From the human T2T-CHM13v2.0 reference genome, Homo sapiens: a stretch of DNA of 64,000 nucleotides. The DNA lies in NCBI RefSeq assembly GCF_009914755.1, contig NC_060936.1; one strand, written 5' to 3'. The notes beneath the pieces were generated by a model that saw only the letters and a list, made by a program, of their open reading frames with translations, made no database searches and was not told the DNA's origin. The position numbers and the translations under genes are program-made. Shown here piece by piece: positions 28,286-46,042 of the stretch. Positions within the stretch are counted from its first letter, which is position 1, and every line of letters begins with the position of its first letter.

Positions 28286-30142
28286 GTTTTTAAAAAAATC
28301 ATATATCTCTTTGTTAAATTTGTCATTCAAATCATGAATTATTTTCCTGATTTCATTGATTTGTCTATTTGTATTTTTTTGTATCTTACTGAGTTTCATA
28401 AGATTATTAATTTGAACTCATTTTGTGGCATTTTATATATTTACTTATGATTGTGTTCTGTTACTTAAAAATTATTATATTCCTTTGGAGGCATTATGTT
28501 TTCTTGCTTTTTTATGTTTGATGTGCTCCTACGTTGATTTTTATGCATCTGGTGGATCAGTTGCCTGTTCCAATTTTATAGAATAGATTTTATAGGGAAA
28601 GACTGATTATGAATGGGACTTGGGGTGCTGGTTCGATGGGGTGCATTGGCTTTGGTTTCAGGTGGATGTAGTAGTGTAGTCTCTGTGTAGTTCCTTCAGC
28701 CATAATTCACGCCAGTGACATTTGTGACTTTCTCAGTGGCCTAGGCTGAGATTTTGTGGTGATGGTGGTGTGGCTTTGCCATGGTGGGCTAGCTTATTTC
28801 TCAAGTCAAAGGAACATGTGTGCACATGGTGGCCAGCTTGAGTTCTGGCCACTAGGATTGGGAATGTTACTCCGGCCAGGGGCACAGGCATGTATTTGCT
28901 TCGCTGGCCTGGGGGCGTGTTTGCTGGGGTTGGTCTATAGGCTGTTTCTAAGGCCAGGGGCATATGCACACAGCTTCTTTGCTAGCCTGGGGGGTGTGCC
29001 CACCATGGGAAATCTGTGGAGCTGTTTCTCAGGCTCAGGATGTGGGCCACAGAGATGTTCAGCTGGCTTGGGGGAGCATTGCTAGGGGCTGTCTATAAGA
29101 CTTTACTGAGACCCTGGTTGTTGGTGTGGGGACTTTGGGTATGCCAGGGGCATGTCTGGAAGGTGCCATGAGGCTGGTTCTCAGGCCTTGGATGTGGGTA
29201 TGCAGCTTTACCACTAGCCTATGGGTATGCTGTCTGCTTGGTGACTCAGGGACCCCTCCTGATTGGGAGAAATGGCAAGCATTAGTTTGGCTGGCTCTAG
29301 GGTGGGTTTGCCCTGGGTAGGACTGCCAAACTGTTCCTCCAGCTGGAAGTGCAGATAGCAGGAGTTGCTGTGCAGGGCCAGAGTTGCAGCTGATCCTGGG
29401 CCTATGCTCTGCAAAGCTGGGTTTGTGGTGTTCAGCCACCCTTCTGAGCTTGCTGGAATAAAGATGGAGCCCCAGTGATAGAGAAGTGCACTGGCTACTT
29501 GATCCCAGAGGCGCGCACGCCTGAGAGGTGGCTCTGATCTCAAGGTGGTATGGTGATATAGCAGTTTGACTCACAGGAAGTGCGTGAAGGGTGGGGAGTG
29601 CGCATCTTACCCTCCCAATCCGGAGCAGTGCAGCTTTGTGAATTTCTGGCAGCTCTCCAAACCGGGCTCAGGGCTTGCAAGCACGGTGGGATTCTGTAGT
29701 AAGAACTGTAGGTGTCTGCGATGGCAGTGGGGCCTGGTGGGGATCTTCTGCTTACCTTTTCCCCAAAAGGGGAAGTCTCTCCTATCTACAGACTGATCAG
29801 ATGGGGGTGAGGGAGATGAGGTTGCAGACTTTGCATCCACACTTTCCTCTGTGCTTCCAATTACCACAGCTGTCTCTCTACATCCCCACTGCCCTCCAGC
29901 ACTCTCCTTTCAACACTCCATTCAAATCTTAGATGTTTTTTCACTGCTTTGGTCCTTTCTTGTTAGGGGAATGAGGGCCAGGTGTCTGTAGCCAGCCATC
30001 TTACTTATGTCACTCTAGAAATTTTTTTTTTTAATCTCCTATAATTGTTAGTGATGTTGAGCATCTTTTCATGTGCTTATTGGCCATTTATATATATTGT
30101 TTGGAAGAATGTCTATTCATATCCTTTATCCCATTTTTAAAA

Positions 30143-30442
30143 TTTTTATTTGTATTTTAAGTTCTAGGGTACATGTGCAGGATGTGCGGGTTTGTTGCAT
30201 AGGTAAACATGTGCCATGGTAGTTTGATGGACCTATCAACGCATCACCTAGGTACTAAGCCCAGCATACATTAGCTGTTTTTCCTAAGGCTCTTCCTCCC
30301 CCTCACCCCGCTCCTCCGACAGGCCCCAGTGTGTGTCGTTCCCCTCCCTGTGTCTATGTGTTCTCTCTGTTCAGCTCCCACTTATAAGTGAGAACATGTG
30401 GTGTTTGGTTTTCTGTTTCTGTGTTACTTTGCTGAGGATAAT
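30143..30442 (-). mobile_element. L1PA (PA12-14-like) 3'UTR, 5'-truncated
   Basis: GTACATGTGCAGGATGTGC...TCACCTAGGTACTAAGCCCAGCATACATTAGCT. Confidence 0.85.
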
Positions 30443-31349
30443 TATTTGTTTTTCATTGTTGAATTGTAAAGAAAAATTTTAAACCCTAAAGAGTTAAAGT
30501 CTGACCATTTACCCAATTGTGATTTTCATTATTTGTAACTAATAATTTTATTCATTTAGAAAACAGCATACGAAGCATTGAATTAAAATGTGATTAAGTA
30601 GAATGAATTTCAGGTACATTTTGCACAGATCTAATATTTCTAGCTATCTTTGCCTAGCTAGATGCTTGAGATGATTTTTCCACATAGTGAATCAGTGTGT
30701 ATCCTTTTTGCCCACATTCACAACTATTTCTGTACTTGGCTAAAAGTTCTAAGAACTATGCTCAGACTCTTGTCTTGCTTACAAAAATGCTAGATAAATA
30801 TATGCAAATGACAGTGTGTTTTCCACTTTCAGGATATATTTGGCATTAAACTCGGGACAAAAGAAGACACAAACTTTATCTTGTGGTTTGGGTCCTCCAA
30901 TCCTCATAAAAGTGTGGTTTCACCTGTTACCTCATAAAGGTGCCATTGCTGTATGCACATCTGAATCTGTTTACAATTTGAGAATAGAGGTGAGAAAGAA
31001 TGATTTTCTATTTTGTGACATTCGTATGGTCAAAATTTTTATGAAATCTCGCCATGAAATTTCCCTTTTCTGAAAATATAACATGAGAAACTTTTTTAAA
31101 AGAGTAAAAAACTATTTAATTACACTCGTGTGCTCCAAAACAAACCTGCACTCAATTGTTTGTAATTGGCTTAGCAGACTGATTTAGGGGCAGTAAATTT
31201 TAATAGATTTCGATGATATTCAGCTATTTCTACATTAACGAAGGGAACTATATTATTTAAAAACGCCCCAGAGTATAAAGTATTGTTTATAGAAGCATTC
31301 AGTAAAATGTTGCATTGTAAATGACCTAAAATTGTTTTCATATGTTACC

Positions 31350-31470
31350 ATTTATTTATCCCCAGGCAGATTGTAAGCAACTCAAAGGAGCTGTTTTTAA
31401 TCCCCTTTTATTGCATAATATCATGGTCCATGTACAGTGCTAGCTAAATAAGTGTTGCTGACTGATTGAT
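31350..31470 (+). mobile_element. L2 3' end
   Basis: AGATTGTAAGCAACTCAAAG...AATAAGTGTTGCTGACTGATTGA. Confidence 0.45.
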
Positions 31471-31689
31471 CTGGGACTTGAAACTTTTAAATTTGCTATT
31501 CAAAAGTTGTTTTACACTTTGGGTGGAAGAAAAAGAGGCTTTAAGACTTACAATGTTTTGGTTAGACAACCAGTTTTAATACATTCTGAAGAATTCAAAT
31601 GTGGGTAAGTGGACTCATGTGCTGTATATTCCAAGCATTCAGAAATGTTCTTTGGCTGTACCCTATTCAATTTCATTTACCATTCAGTT

Positions 31690-31720
31690 TTTTTTTATTA
31701 TTATACTTTAAGTTTTAGGG
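31690..31720 (-). mobile_element. 31-bp young L1 3' terminus with 12-bp TSD
   Basis: TTTTTTTATTATTATACTTTAAGTTTTAGGG flanked by TACCATTCAGTT (31678-31689 and 31721-31732). Confidence 0.88.
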
Positions 31721-31989
31721 TACCATTCAGTTAATGAAGTCAATATTTATCAGCCTGTGGTAGACAACTCTTTTTTTAAATCCACTTGCTTCTTATGTAT
31801 GACCCTTTGAGGCTTTCCAAACAGCATCTTCAATTTTGTCTGTCATGGCACTTGTTTAGAACTAGAAAAATCTTTGGTATAAGCTTGGGAGAGGACTTCT
31901 CTCATGTCTTGCAAATTGAAGAGCCCCAGCTTTTTCTAGACCAACAAAGTGAAATATGTATTTCTAAACCTTGAGAAATACACTTTACA

Positions 31990-32266
31990 ATACCACTTGA
32001 AATGTGGTTAACCTGAAATAAGGTATGCTATACATGCAAAAGACAGTGGATTTTGAGGAGTTAGTACCAAAATAATTAGAATATAAAATACTTGAATAAT
32101 TTTAAAATATTGATTCCATGTTGAAATTATAATATTTTGGATATATCAGGTTAAATAAAATGTTATTAATTTAATTTCCCATTTCTTTTTTTCTATATTT
32201 CACAATAAAACAGAAATTTTAAAAAGACATATGTGGCTCACATTAAAATTTTACTGGATAGTACTG
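31990..32266. mobile_element. MER33 (hAT-Charlie)
   Basis: CACTTGAAATGTGG...CATGTTGAAATTATAATATTTTGGATATAT...CATATGTGGCTCACATT...TGGATAGTACTG. Confidence 0.8.
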
Positions 32267-32275
32267 TTTTTAGAG

Positions 32276-32491
32276 CAGGGTCCCTCAATCTCAGCAGTAT
32301 TGACATTCTGAGTCAGATAATTATCTGTCAAGGGTTGTTCTGTGCATTGTAGGATGTTTAGCAGCATCTCTGGCCTCTACTCGCTAGATGCTAGTAAATC
32401 TCATCCTCCTCAGCTGTGACAACCAAAAATATCTCTAGACAATTTCCAAATGTCCCGTGGTGCATAAAATTGTTTCTGGTTGAGAACCATC
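32276..32491 (+). mobile_element. MER20 (hAT-Charlie)
   Basis: TATTGACATT...GTGCATTGTAGGATGTTTAGCAGCATCTCTGGCCTCTAC...GTGACAACCAAAAAT...GGTTGAGAACCA. Confidence 0.9.
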
Positions 32492-35264
32492 CTTGAGACT
32501 GTAAAGTAGTGCTTGTAGAGACATTCACTAGAATGTTGCTTAGACATGTCCTAAGGTCTTTTTCATGGGTTTCAGGTTGTTTTACCCAATAGATTACCTG
32601 CAGTGTATGGAGCATATGTTAAGTTCATTTTGCTGCATAATATATAGTGTTCCATGCACAGTGAAAAGTAAATAATTACTCTTTACCTCTTCCACTTTTT
32701 CATTCCCAATTTTCACCCACCCCCAACTCTTCTAGGCAGTTAGTTCACAAGGCAGAATGGGCTATCTGTCATACATAGTGTTTTAAAATTTTGGCATTTA
32801 GCAATCACTGTCAACAGTGTTGTTTTTCTGTACACAAGCAGTGCTGTGAGTCAATTAATCATACCAGACTTATTGCAGGGACAAACTCTGCAAATTAGCT
32901 GTCAGTATATTAACTGTCTGGGGAAGTGCTGAAGAACAGCCGGGACCCCTCCCCTGCAAGAGCCCAAAGACACTATAATAGAAGCACACTAATTTTAGAA
33001 GAAATGATATTTGTTTTGGCCACAGCTGTTGGCATTCCAATGGGCTCTCATTCTGTCTGTTGAAATGAGGAGGTAGGTTCTTTTAGAGGTTTGGTTCTGT
33101 CTGAGGATTTGGTGACATCATTTAGAGAATTACTAGGCTGTCAGCAAATATATTTTATGTATAGTGAATAACTATTTAAAACTGGTTTATAAGAATTAAG
33201 AATAGGAATTCTAAAAGCTAAGCAGGGGTTAGTTCTTAGAGGAAAATGCCTCGTTTATGAGAGCACTTTCCGAAATTGAAGTGGAGAGATTGCTTTTCTG
33301 GAGAATTTCCAGTGTCATTGGCCACCAATATAAATGAATATGCTGAGGGCAACAGCAGGTTTGCTGGCCCCATGGTTATATTTCCAACCTTCTCTTTTCC
33401 TCCTCAAATTTCATAACTTGCTAACAATTTATGTAGTTAGTTACAATGGTGGCACTATCTATTGAATACCACTGTTGTGATATAGAACACACTATTGTGA
33501 CTTAAGAAAGCCCCTCCATCTGCTGCCACAAACTTTGTAGATTTTGCATTGCTTTTTGCAGGGGCCCTAAGGACTTCTGTCTCATATTGGACAGCAGGTC
33601 AATTTCTAGCTCACATTCTGGTTTACCTCCAGGTATGTTTAGCAGCTACTCTAACAGAGCTGTGATCATTGCCTATTTGTTTATCATCATTAAATGTATC
33701 GGTAATTGTGGTAGAACTCAGATCAATTTAGCCCATATTTAAAATAACAATTTTCCTAAGAAGCTAGATTCCTTGGCTTACTAGACCTTTCTTCCAAAAT
33801 ATATGTTATTTCCCTTTTTCTTAATATGCAAACTGGGTTTCTTCAATATTCATTTCCAGGGCTTTAAGTGTAGCTATTTAACTACTGATCTGTGATGTAT
33901 ACTTGGTCATCTTGTGTAGAAAGATGTTTAGGGGCAACTCTACCCAGAATACAATCATTTTTCACTTGGAATTTAGAAGTTTGAGAGTTTCAAACTTGGG
34001 TCACACCTAGCAGTTGCGCTTTAGATTATGATCTTAAACAATTAGTGTATCGGTTTCTGTCAAAAGATTATAAGTGCAGTAAGGGAAGGAAGCATGTATT
34101 TAAGGAACCAAGCATGCTGAAAAGTGTTTAAAATAAAAATGTTAAAGTATCAGAAAGCAGTAAGTTTTTTGTAGTAGTGGAAAAAGATGAAACTGATGGA
34201 GAGAAACCAGATTCCATACAAAAAAGTTCTAGTTCTTAGAATTGTTGATTATAAACCATAATGCCATCCCTCAGTCCTGGCTTTTAACAAGTGTTGAAAA
34301 CATAATAGCAAGCCCCATCCACTTGACTCCATTATTAGAAATACTTGAATTTACCTCTTTTTATAAACTAAATCTTGGAAATGATGTTCTGACCTTAGGA
34401 AAAAAAAGGAAGAAAAGATTAAGAAAGCAAAAACAAAACAGCTTCACTCATACTCTGCCCTCCCACCAAAAAATATTGTTTTCATTGCCGTTTTAACTAT
34501 ATGAATAAGGTAGTTTAGAAACCATTATTGGAAAACAGTGAGACTGGAAAATTTAATCAAGTAAGTTTAGTGTCAGGCAGTCTGCAAATTGGCTAGGTCT
34601 AAACTTGGACATAAATCCAACGCATTTGGCAGTCACTTTACTTGGCTACATAAAATACAATTTTGTGTAATTTGAATGCTTTAGTCAATATTAACCTGTA
34701 ACTGCCAATATGAGTTTAAATAACAAGGTTACATCAAAGTTTCAGGGCCACAAAGTGCTATTTTACTCCCAGTTTTAGTAAATTATAGAGTATTCTTCTT
34801 TGAGCAAGCAAGTAGATAAGCAATAATAGAGACACTGTAACCCACCTTATTTTGATTATGTATATTCTACCATTTTTCTAATTTTTCTTGGTCCTTCTCA
34901 ACTTCCACAAATTTGTTTTTCAAAAACTCTGCTTGCTTAAAGAAGAATTTACTTTTCAAATATGCCTACTAAGTACAAAGCACATTCAGGTTTTTGAACT
35001 GTGATACCCTGAGCCACTTGTTTTGCCTTAAACTTTTGTCTTGCATTGATTGCTTTGCTTTACATTGCAATGGGCCCCTTCATATCAGCAAATCTTATTT
35101 TCACTCCACCTCCATGGCTTACTGAGATATAAAGCACCAGGAGATCAGTACTCAGTAACATTTATATTGTTAGTATTCCCTATGGTGCTACAAAGGTCAT
35201 TCTAAGCACATAGCCAACCCAATGATATTGAATTGCCAATATTAATTTTATAAAAATGGGTTGT

Positions 35265-35357
35265 TGCTGTGTTTTGTTCTGTTCTATCTTTGATACTTAT
35301 AACAACACCTGGCATACTATAAGTATTCAGTTAATAATTTTTAATAAATGAATTAAC
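35265..35357 (+). mobile_element. L2 3' end
   Basis: AACACCTGGCATAC...TAAGTATTCAGTTAATA...AATAAATGAAT. Confidence 0.5.
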
Positions 35358-35823
35358 CCACAATGATAATTTATACTAGTTAGACCTTTCTAAAAAATAC
35401 AGAGAATAGTTCATTCTAGCACGATTGTTGAGATTTGGGAATTCTAGACTTTTGGGAATTATTCACCCCTTTTTAGTATACTGATTTGATGGGCTTTTTA
35501 TATCAATATTTTTTAAATTACTTAAAACACCCTCATGTTTATTTTCGCATTAGTGTGGACCTGGTCTTAGAATCTTCACCACAAAGAGCGTTCCAATCAA
35601 AGAAAGAAGAAGGAAATATTCCACTATGGGGGGCAATCAAACAACTAGCACTGCCCTAGACAGGAAATTAGGAAAATAAAGATGGGCACTAGCTGTAATT
35701 TAAACAAATTATATTTTTCTTTATGTGATAATGGGAGATAATTATCTCCCAAAGTTCTATTGGGTGAAAGAAAGCTGGTTTTGGTATTTTCTTATCTATT
35801 TGTCTATTAATCTTTCTGTCTAT

Positions 35824-35827
<4 letters not shown>

Positions 35828-35856
<29 letters not shown>
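35828..35856. repeat. (TC)n microsatellite
   Basis: Direct read. Confidence 0.95.
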
Positions 35857-35859
<3 letters not shown>

Positions 35860-35963
35860 ACTTATCAAAAGAGGGCCAAGAATTGGACTTGTTCAGTGAT
35901 TGTAGGGTCTGTCTTTTAAGCATATATCTGTTTAATATATTTTTGTTCATGCCACCCTTTACA

Positions 35964-36226
35964 TAATTATAGCTAAATTTATTGAGTTCTTAATATGAAC
36001 CAGCCATTTTAACTTGGAAAATGGAAAAAAAATCATTTAACCCCTAAAAAATCATAATGTTGATACTATTTTTATATTACTTCTACTTTACAGGTGAGGA
36101 AACTGAGGTTCGGAGTAGTCAATATCTTTGCTGAAGGTCCACAGGCGAATACATGACTGAAGTGGGATTTAAACCCAGTAGTTATTACTCCGAAGTTCGG
36201 TCTTTTAATGTTAGGATAAACTGCCT
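35964..36226 (-). mobile_element. MIR SINE
   Basis: TTTATTGAGTTCTT...TTTACAGGTGAGGAAACTGAGGTTCGGAG...GGGATTTAAACCCAG. Confidence 0.82.
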
Positions 36227-36234
36227 TAACAGCT

Positions 36235-36392
36235 TTTATATTATTGTTTGTGATGTTTTTTGTCTCTCTTACTTGATAGTGAGATTCTCAAGAGCCTAAA
36301 CTGGGTCTTGTATATTTTTATACTCCTCACAATACTTCTTACAGATTAGTACCTTGAACATAGTAAGTGACCAGTACCAGATGGAAAGCAAT
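36235..36392 (+). mobile_element. L2 3' end
   Basis: TGTCTCTCTTACTTGATAGTGAGATTCTCAAG...GTACCTTGAACATAGTAAGTG. Confidence 0.5.
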
Positions 36393-37784
36393 GTTCGTAT
36401 AGTTGAGAGTTGGAAGCCTAGGTATCATGGCAATTAAGAAACAACTTAGGGTCCCTGTAAATCTCACAGGCTTATGTGCATTTATATATATGTATCTTTT
36501 ATTTTTTGCAAATTGAAATAATGCAAAAAATTAAGAAGAAAAAATAACTAGAATGCTAAAAAATTCTATGATTCAGTTTCAATCTACTGTTTTAGTCAAT
36601 GCCCCACGTTTGATATTCTTTTTTTTTTTTTTTTTTTAACAGCAAGGACTTGTGAAACCAACTTGGAGTAGAGGTTTTCCAGGAATATTTAGTGAAGACT
36701 TGGGGGGAGTTGTTTGCTTTTGACTTGGAGAATAGAATCTGCTGCCAGTGATTAACTTGAGTGCTCTCCTGGAAGATGAGCTTTGACCTGGGGGTACTCA
36801 AAGGGAAAGTTCACTGTTGCTATTGTTCCAGAGTGGTGTAAATATCCTGCCAAAACTCTGGGTGAGCTAGACTCAGACACATTTTCTCTTTGACGTTAGA
36901 GTCAGACAGGCAGGAATTGGCCAAGGTGGTTTGTGCTTAGTGGCTTTCTCCAATCTGAACCCTTGCCAGTAAGGCCCTAAGGCAATCGCAAGTTAAATTC
37001 ATATATTGATTTCAGATTTCCCATGTCTTGCACCATAGTTACACTATATACACATCTTATACCATGTTCACTGATGGGCGAGGTCGCTGCCTTAAAAGGC
37101 AATTCATATTCATGAACATACTCTTCTATTCTGCCTCTGTCCTTCTATCTCTGAGAGAGCCAGTTAAGCCAAGGTCTTTTGTATAGATTCAACAACTCTC
37201 CCTGGAACATGTCTGAACATGATGGTTCTCAGGTTTTGATTTGTAATGAGAAGTAGAACACTTATTTAGGCCTGGTAAGGTAGCTCCGCCAAGTCTAAGA
37301 CAGAAAGCTCTTTGCTTTTTGCATCTAAGGCCTTTGACGGACTTTTAGTAGGATGGGTTCATTGGCTGTTTGGTTCCTCAGGAGCATGTAGGGAAGAGGG
37401 TGGGTTGATAGAATGGGATTTGAGTATTTTTTGGTTCCTGGTTATCATACTATCTAAACTGCACCAATTTATCTTTAACCTCAACAAATACTGTCAAAAT
37501 TTATAACATTATCCCGAAAATTTCAGGGTTAATAAAATATAGAAAGTTCTATCTTAACACATGTTGATAAACAATAATGTGAGTTATGTAATCACACAAG
37601 AGTAGTTAGGCAAGCACAGACTGTAAATAAAATAGGTTTTTGGTGGATGGATTTATATAAATATAATTAATTTGTTGTTTAGCCCACGGGTATTTTTCCT
37701 CCCTTTGTGAAGTTCTGTTTAATGGAAACAGAAAAGTTCCCTGTTTAAGATGCATTTTAGGATTGAAATTTGTCATTGATTATG

Positions 37785-37948
37785 GAATGTGGTGAGGTGG
37801 AAAGAGAACAGGTCTGAAGGCCAAAAATCCCAGGTTTCTCACATCAACTTATTTTGTGAATTGAAACAATGGGCAGCATCACCATCTGTAAAGTAGAGGA
37901 ATTAGCTGTGGTTTCTACACTGCTTTCCCCATCCAGCAAGCTATGTTC
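37785..37948 (+). mobile_element. MIR3/MIR SINE
   Basis: TGTGGTGAGGTGGAAAGAGAACAGG...CATCTGTAAAGTAGAGGAATT. Confidence 0.55.
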
Positions 37949-39397
37949 AATGTGTCCCTGTTTGAAAGGGAACACATCTTAGACTGAAATATGCTTGCTG
38001 GAAAACCTTGGATTTCAGAAATAGAAAAAAATTATTTATGGCTCCGAACATTCCCTCACCCCTCCTTCTCCTTTTGGTAAAATGTGGATGGCATAGTAAG
38101 GAGACTATGACTCAAGAGTAATGTCCTCAGCTTCGTGGAAATCATTTCTCATTTTCTTCTAAGGTTAGTGCCATTGGCTTAACACACTTTCCTCTTCCAT
38201 TCTCAGCCTCCCCTTCAATTAATATCTCAGTAATAAGCTAGTTTACTGTCAAAAATCCCAGAAATAGCTTAGTCTTAGTTGCAACTCCATGGGCAACAAA
38301 GACAGTTTTAGGGGCCTGATTCCTCGGGGCCAAGCAGCCATGATGTACAGCACAGCATGTGTTCCTGCTGTGAGGACCAACGACAATGTGAATAGAAAAA
38401 TGGTTAAGTGCATGTTCAATTTGAGACATGAAAGTCTCTCCAGAAATAAGTGCTTGTGGCTGGCTTTAACTAGGTATATGCTTCTGAGGTTTGTTCAGAG
38501 CCCCTTGGTGGAAATGCTGGACACTTAAAGAGACTGAGCCCATATATCCTGACCCCTTCCTCTCTCATTCTGTTTGTAAAAATAGCCTTCAGACTTGGCA
38601 ATAATCTCAGTTAGTCCTCATTTGTCCTTTCTCTTGTTCTATGAGCTATTATTTATTCTGTATAATTTTTAAAAACTCATGTAAACAGGGTAAATAATGA
38701 AGTTTTATTTTAAAATGACCACACAAACTTTATAGAAATGTGTACCCACATTTAAATCTGGCCTGGCATATCCCCTTCCTCCTGCCTCAGCTGAGATCCT
38801 CCCCACCTGCTTCTGTTGTGTTAGTAGAAGAAAACACCTGGCATGGTTTCTGGCAGTGGAGCATGCAAATATAGTTAATTTCCAATTTTGGTCAATTTGG
38901 AACTTCTGATTTATTTTTCAATAAGAAACAAGCTAGCAAATCAAAACACACAGGTTTTTTTTTTTTCTTCTTCACAAGGAGAGAGTGTTGAAATAAGAGG
39001 TATTTTTCAGATCTCTATAAAATAGACTTTTTCATCTCCATTTGATTTTCAATTCCATGGAGGAGCAATCTCATTTTCCTGTTTGTTGAGTAGATTGTCC
39101 ATGGTCCCATGACAACACCAGTTCAAGGCTAATGTTCCATGAGGGGACACAACTTCAGTCAATAATCATGAGCACATGTGGCTCCAGCCTAAGGCACACA
39201 AGCCTTCTGGTGGCTTGGGGAAATAGGAAGACCACAGTTGAAAGTGAATAAAAGTAAGAGAGCTCCTGAGATTTTCTAGACAGTCAAATATTTACTGTAA
39301 GTCTTTCTGGATATGGTGTTATGCTTGTTGCAAAGTAAACAGCTCAAGGCCAGGCTTGCACTAACCTCACAGAGTGGAACATTTTCCTTATGATGCA

Positions 39398-39520
39398 GTT
39401 CAGTTCAACAGGGATTTATTGAGCTACTCACACTGTTATGGAAAATATAAAAGTATAGCAATTGAAGGCATCATCACATTTCTTGAGCAAATTTTGATCT
39501 ACTTGGGGATACAAGACTTA
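39398..39520 (-). mobile_element. L2 3' end
   Basis: TTCAGTTCAACAGGGATTTATTGAGC...TCTACTTGGGGATACAAGAC. Confidence 0.45.
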
Positions 39521-39569
39521 GCAATAAAAGGTACAGTATTGAATTTATTTTGAGGTGCAGATACTTAAC

Positions 39570-40060
39570 TTTTTAACATTTTTCATATTATGGTACACAT
39601 AGAAAATAATCATATTTAGTTAGTATATTTATAAATTTGGAAGTAATTAGGATTAATTCCAGTATGGCATTTGGTAAAAAAATGAAACATTCTTATACTG
39701 TATAATAATGATAAGAAAGATGTAACAAAAGGTATTAGAGGATAGATATGCTAAATAGTGAATTTGTAAATAAAAAGAACTTCCAAAAAATCTTTTCGAA
39801 TGTTTGAAGGAGAAACTTGAAATGTTACGAATACATTTTTTTAATCCTATGCTTGAAACAGCTACATGCAATTCCTGATCAAGACATTCTAATGATGATC
39901 TCCTTAAAGTCTTAAGAACCACCATTAATGAGAAAATTTGTCCAAATATGTATCTGATAGAACATGTCAAACAAATTTTAAGATGACTGAAAAGTTTGCA
40001 GTCATTGAAATTACATTTAAAAACTAATAGCTCTTTCCTTCCTTTTACTGACAAATGTAA
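39570..40060. mobile_element. hAT-Charlie (Charlie7-like) DNA transposon fragment
   Basis: TTTTCATATTATGGTACACATAGAAAATAATCATATTT resembles the Charlie7 subterminal sequence; AT-rich interior. Confidence 0.4.
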
Positions 40061-40115
40061 TTTTTCAAGTTTTTCAAATAATGGTGAAGCTCTAATGAGT
40101 AGAACTTGTATGGTG

Positions 40116-40611
40116 TTTTTTTCTTATATGAAATTCACATAACACACAGTTAACCATTTTAAAGTGTACAATTCAGTCATATTTAGAGCACTCACAGCAT
40201 TGTGCAATAGCTACCTCTCTGTAGTTTTAAAACTCTTTCATCACCCCAGAATAACACCTTATACTCATCAAGCACTCATTCCCTGTTTCCCTCTCCATCC
40301 ATACCCTAGCAAACACTCATCTGCTCTCTGTCTGTATGGATTTGCCTTTTCTGGATATTTCATATACAAGAAATTATACAACAGGTGACCTTTCGGGTCT
40401 GGCTTCTTTCATTTAACATAATTTTTGAGGTTCATCCAAGTTGTAGCGTCTATTAGCACTTCATTCTTTTTTGTGACCAAATAATATTTTTTTGTGTGTA
40501 GCACAATTTGTTTATCCATTTATCCATTCTTGGACATTTGGATTGTTTTCCCCTTTTGGCTATTGTGAATGTTATGAATATTCATGAGCAAGTAGTAGTT
40601 TGAGTCCTGCT
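40116..40611 (-). mobile_element. L1MB (MB4-7-like) 3' end, outermost host of the nest
   Basis: AATTCACATAACA...TTAAAGTGTACAATTCAG...ATGGATTTGCCTTTTCTGGATATTTCATAT; text resumes at 51680. Confidence 0.85.
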
Positions 40612-41430
40612 ATATATATTTTTTTTACTTTAAGTTCTGGGGTACATATGTTGAACATGCAGGTTTGTTACATAGGTATACATGTGCCATGGTAGTTTGC
40701 TGCACCTATGAACCTGTCATCTAGGTTTTAAGCCCCACATGCATTAGGTATTTGTCCTAATCCTCTCCCTCCCCTTTCCCCAGACCTCCCAACAGGCCCC
40801 GGTGTGTGATGATCCCCTCCCTGTGTCCGTGTGTTCTGATTGTTCAGCTTCCACTTATGAGTGAGAACATGCAGTGTTTAGTTTTCTGTTCCTGTGTTAG
40901 TTTGCTGAGGATGACAGTTTCCAGTTTCATCCATGTCCCTGCAAAGGACATGAACTCATTCTTTTATTATGGCTGCATAGTATTCCATGGTGTATATGTG
41001 CCATGTTTTCTTTATCCAGTCTATCATTGGTGGGCATTTGAGTTGGTTTCAAGTGTTTGCTATTGTAAGTAGTGCTGCAATAAACATACGTGTGCATGTG
41101 TCTTTATGGTAGAATGATTTATATTCTTTTGGGTGTGTACTCAGTAATGGGATTGCTGGGTCAAATGGCATTTCTGGTTTTAGATCCTTGAGGAATCACC
41201 ACACTGTCTTCTACAATGGCTGAACTAATTTACACTCCCATCAACAGTGTAAAAGTGTTCCTATTTCCCTACATCCTCTCCAGTATCTGTTGTTTCCAGA
41301 CTTTTTAATGATCACCATGCTAACTAGCATGAGATGGTATCTCAGTGTGGTTTTGATTTGCATTTCTCTAATGACCAGTGATGATGAGCTTTTTTTCATA
41401 TGTTCGTTGGCTGCATAAATGTGTTCTTTT

Positions 41431-46042
<4,612 letters not shown>

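Noticed and set aside
28780-29300. CRISPR-like repeat-spacer array
   Set aside because: Units are degenerate tandem repeats within an L1 5'UTR in primate DNA, with no identical repeats, unique spacers or cas genes.
30833-30989. Possible 157-nt exon (TTTCAG ... GAG|GTGAGA) inside an 85-aa ORF
   Set aside because: Short pyrimidine tract, unrecognised peptide and no independent support.
33562-33632. Possible 71-nt exon with CAG|GTATGT donor
   Set aside because: Splice-like signals only; this is expected by chance in 25 kb of unique DNA.
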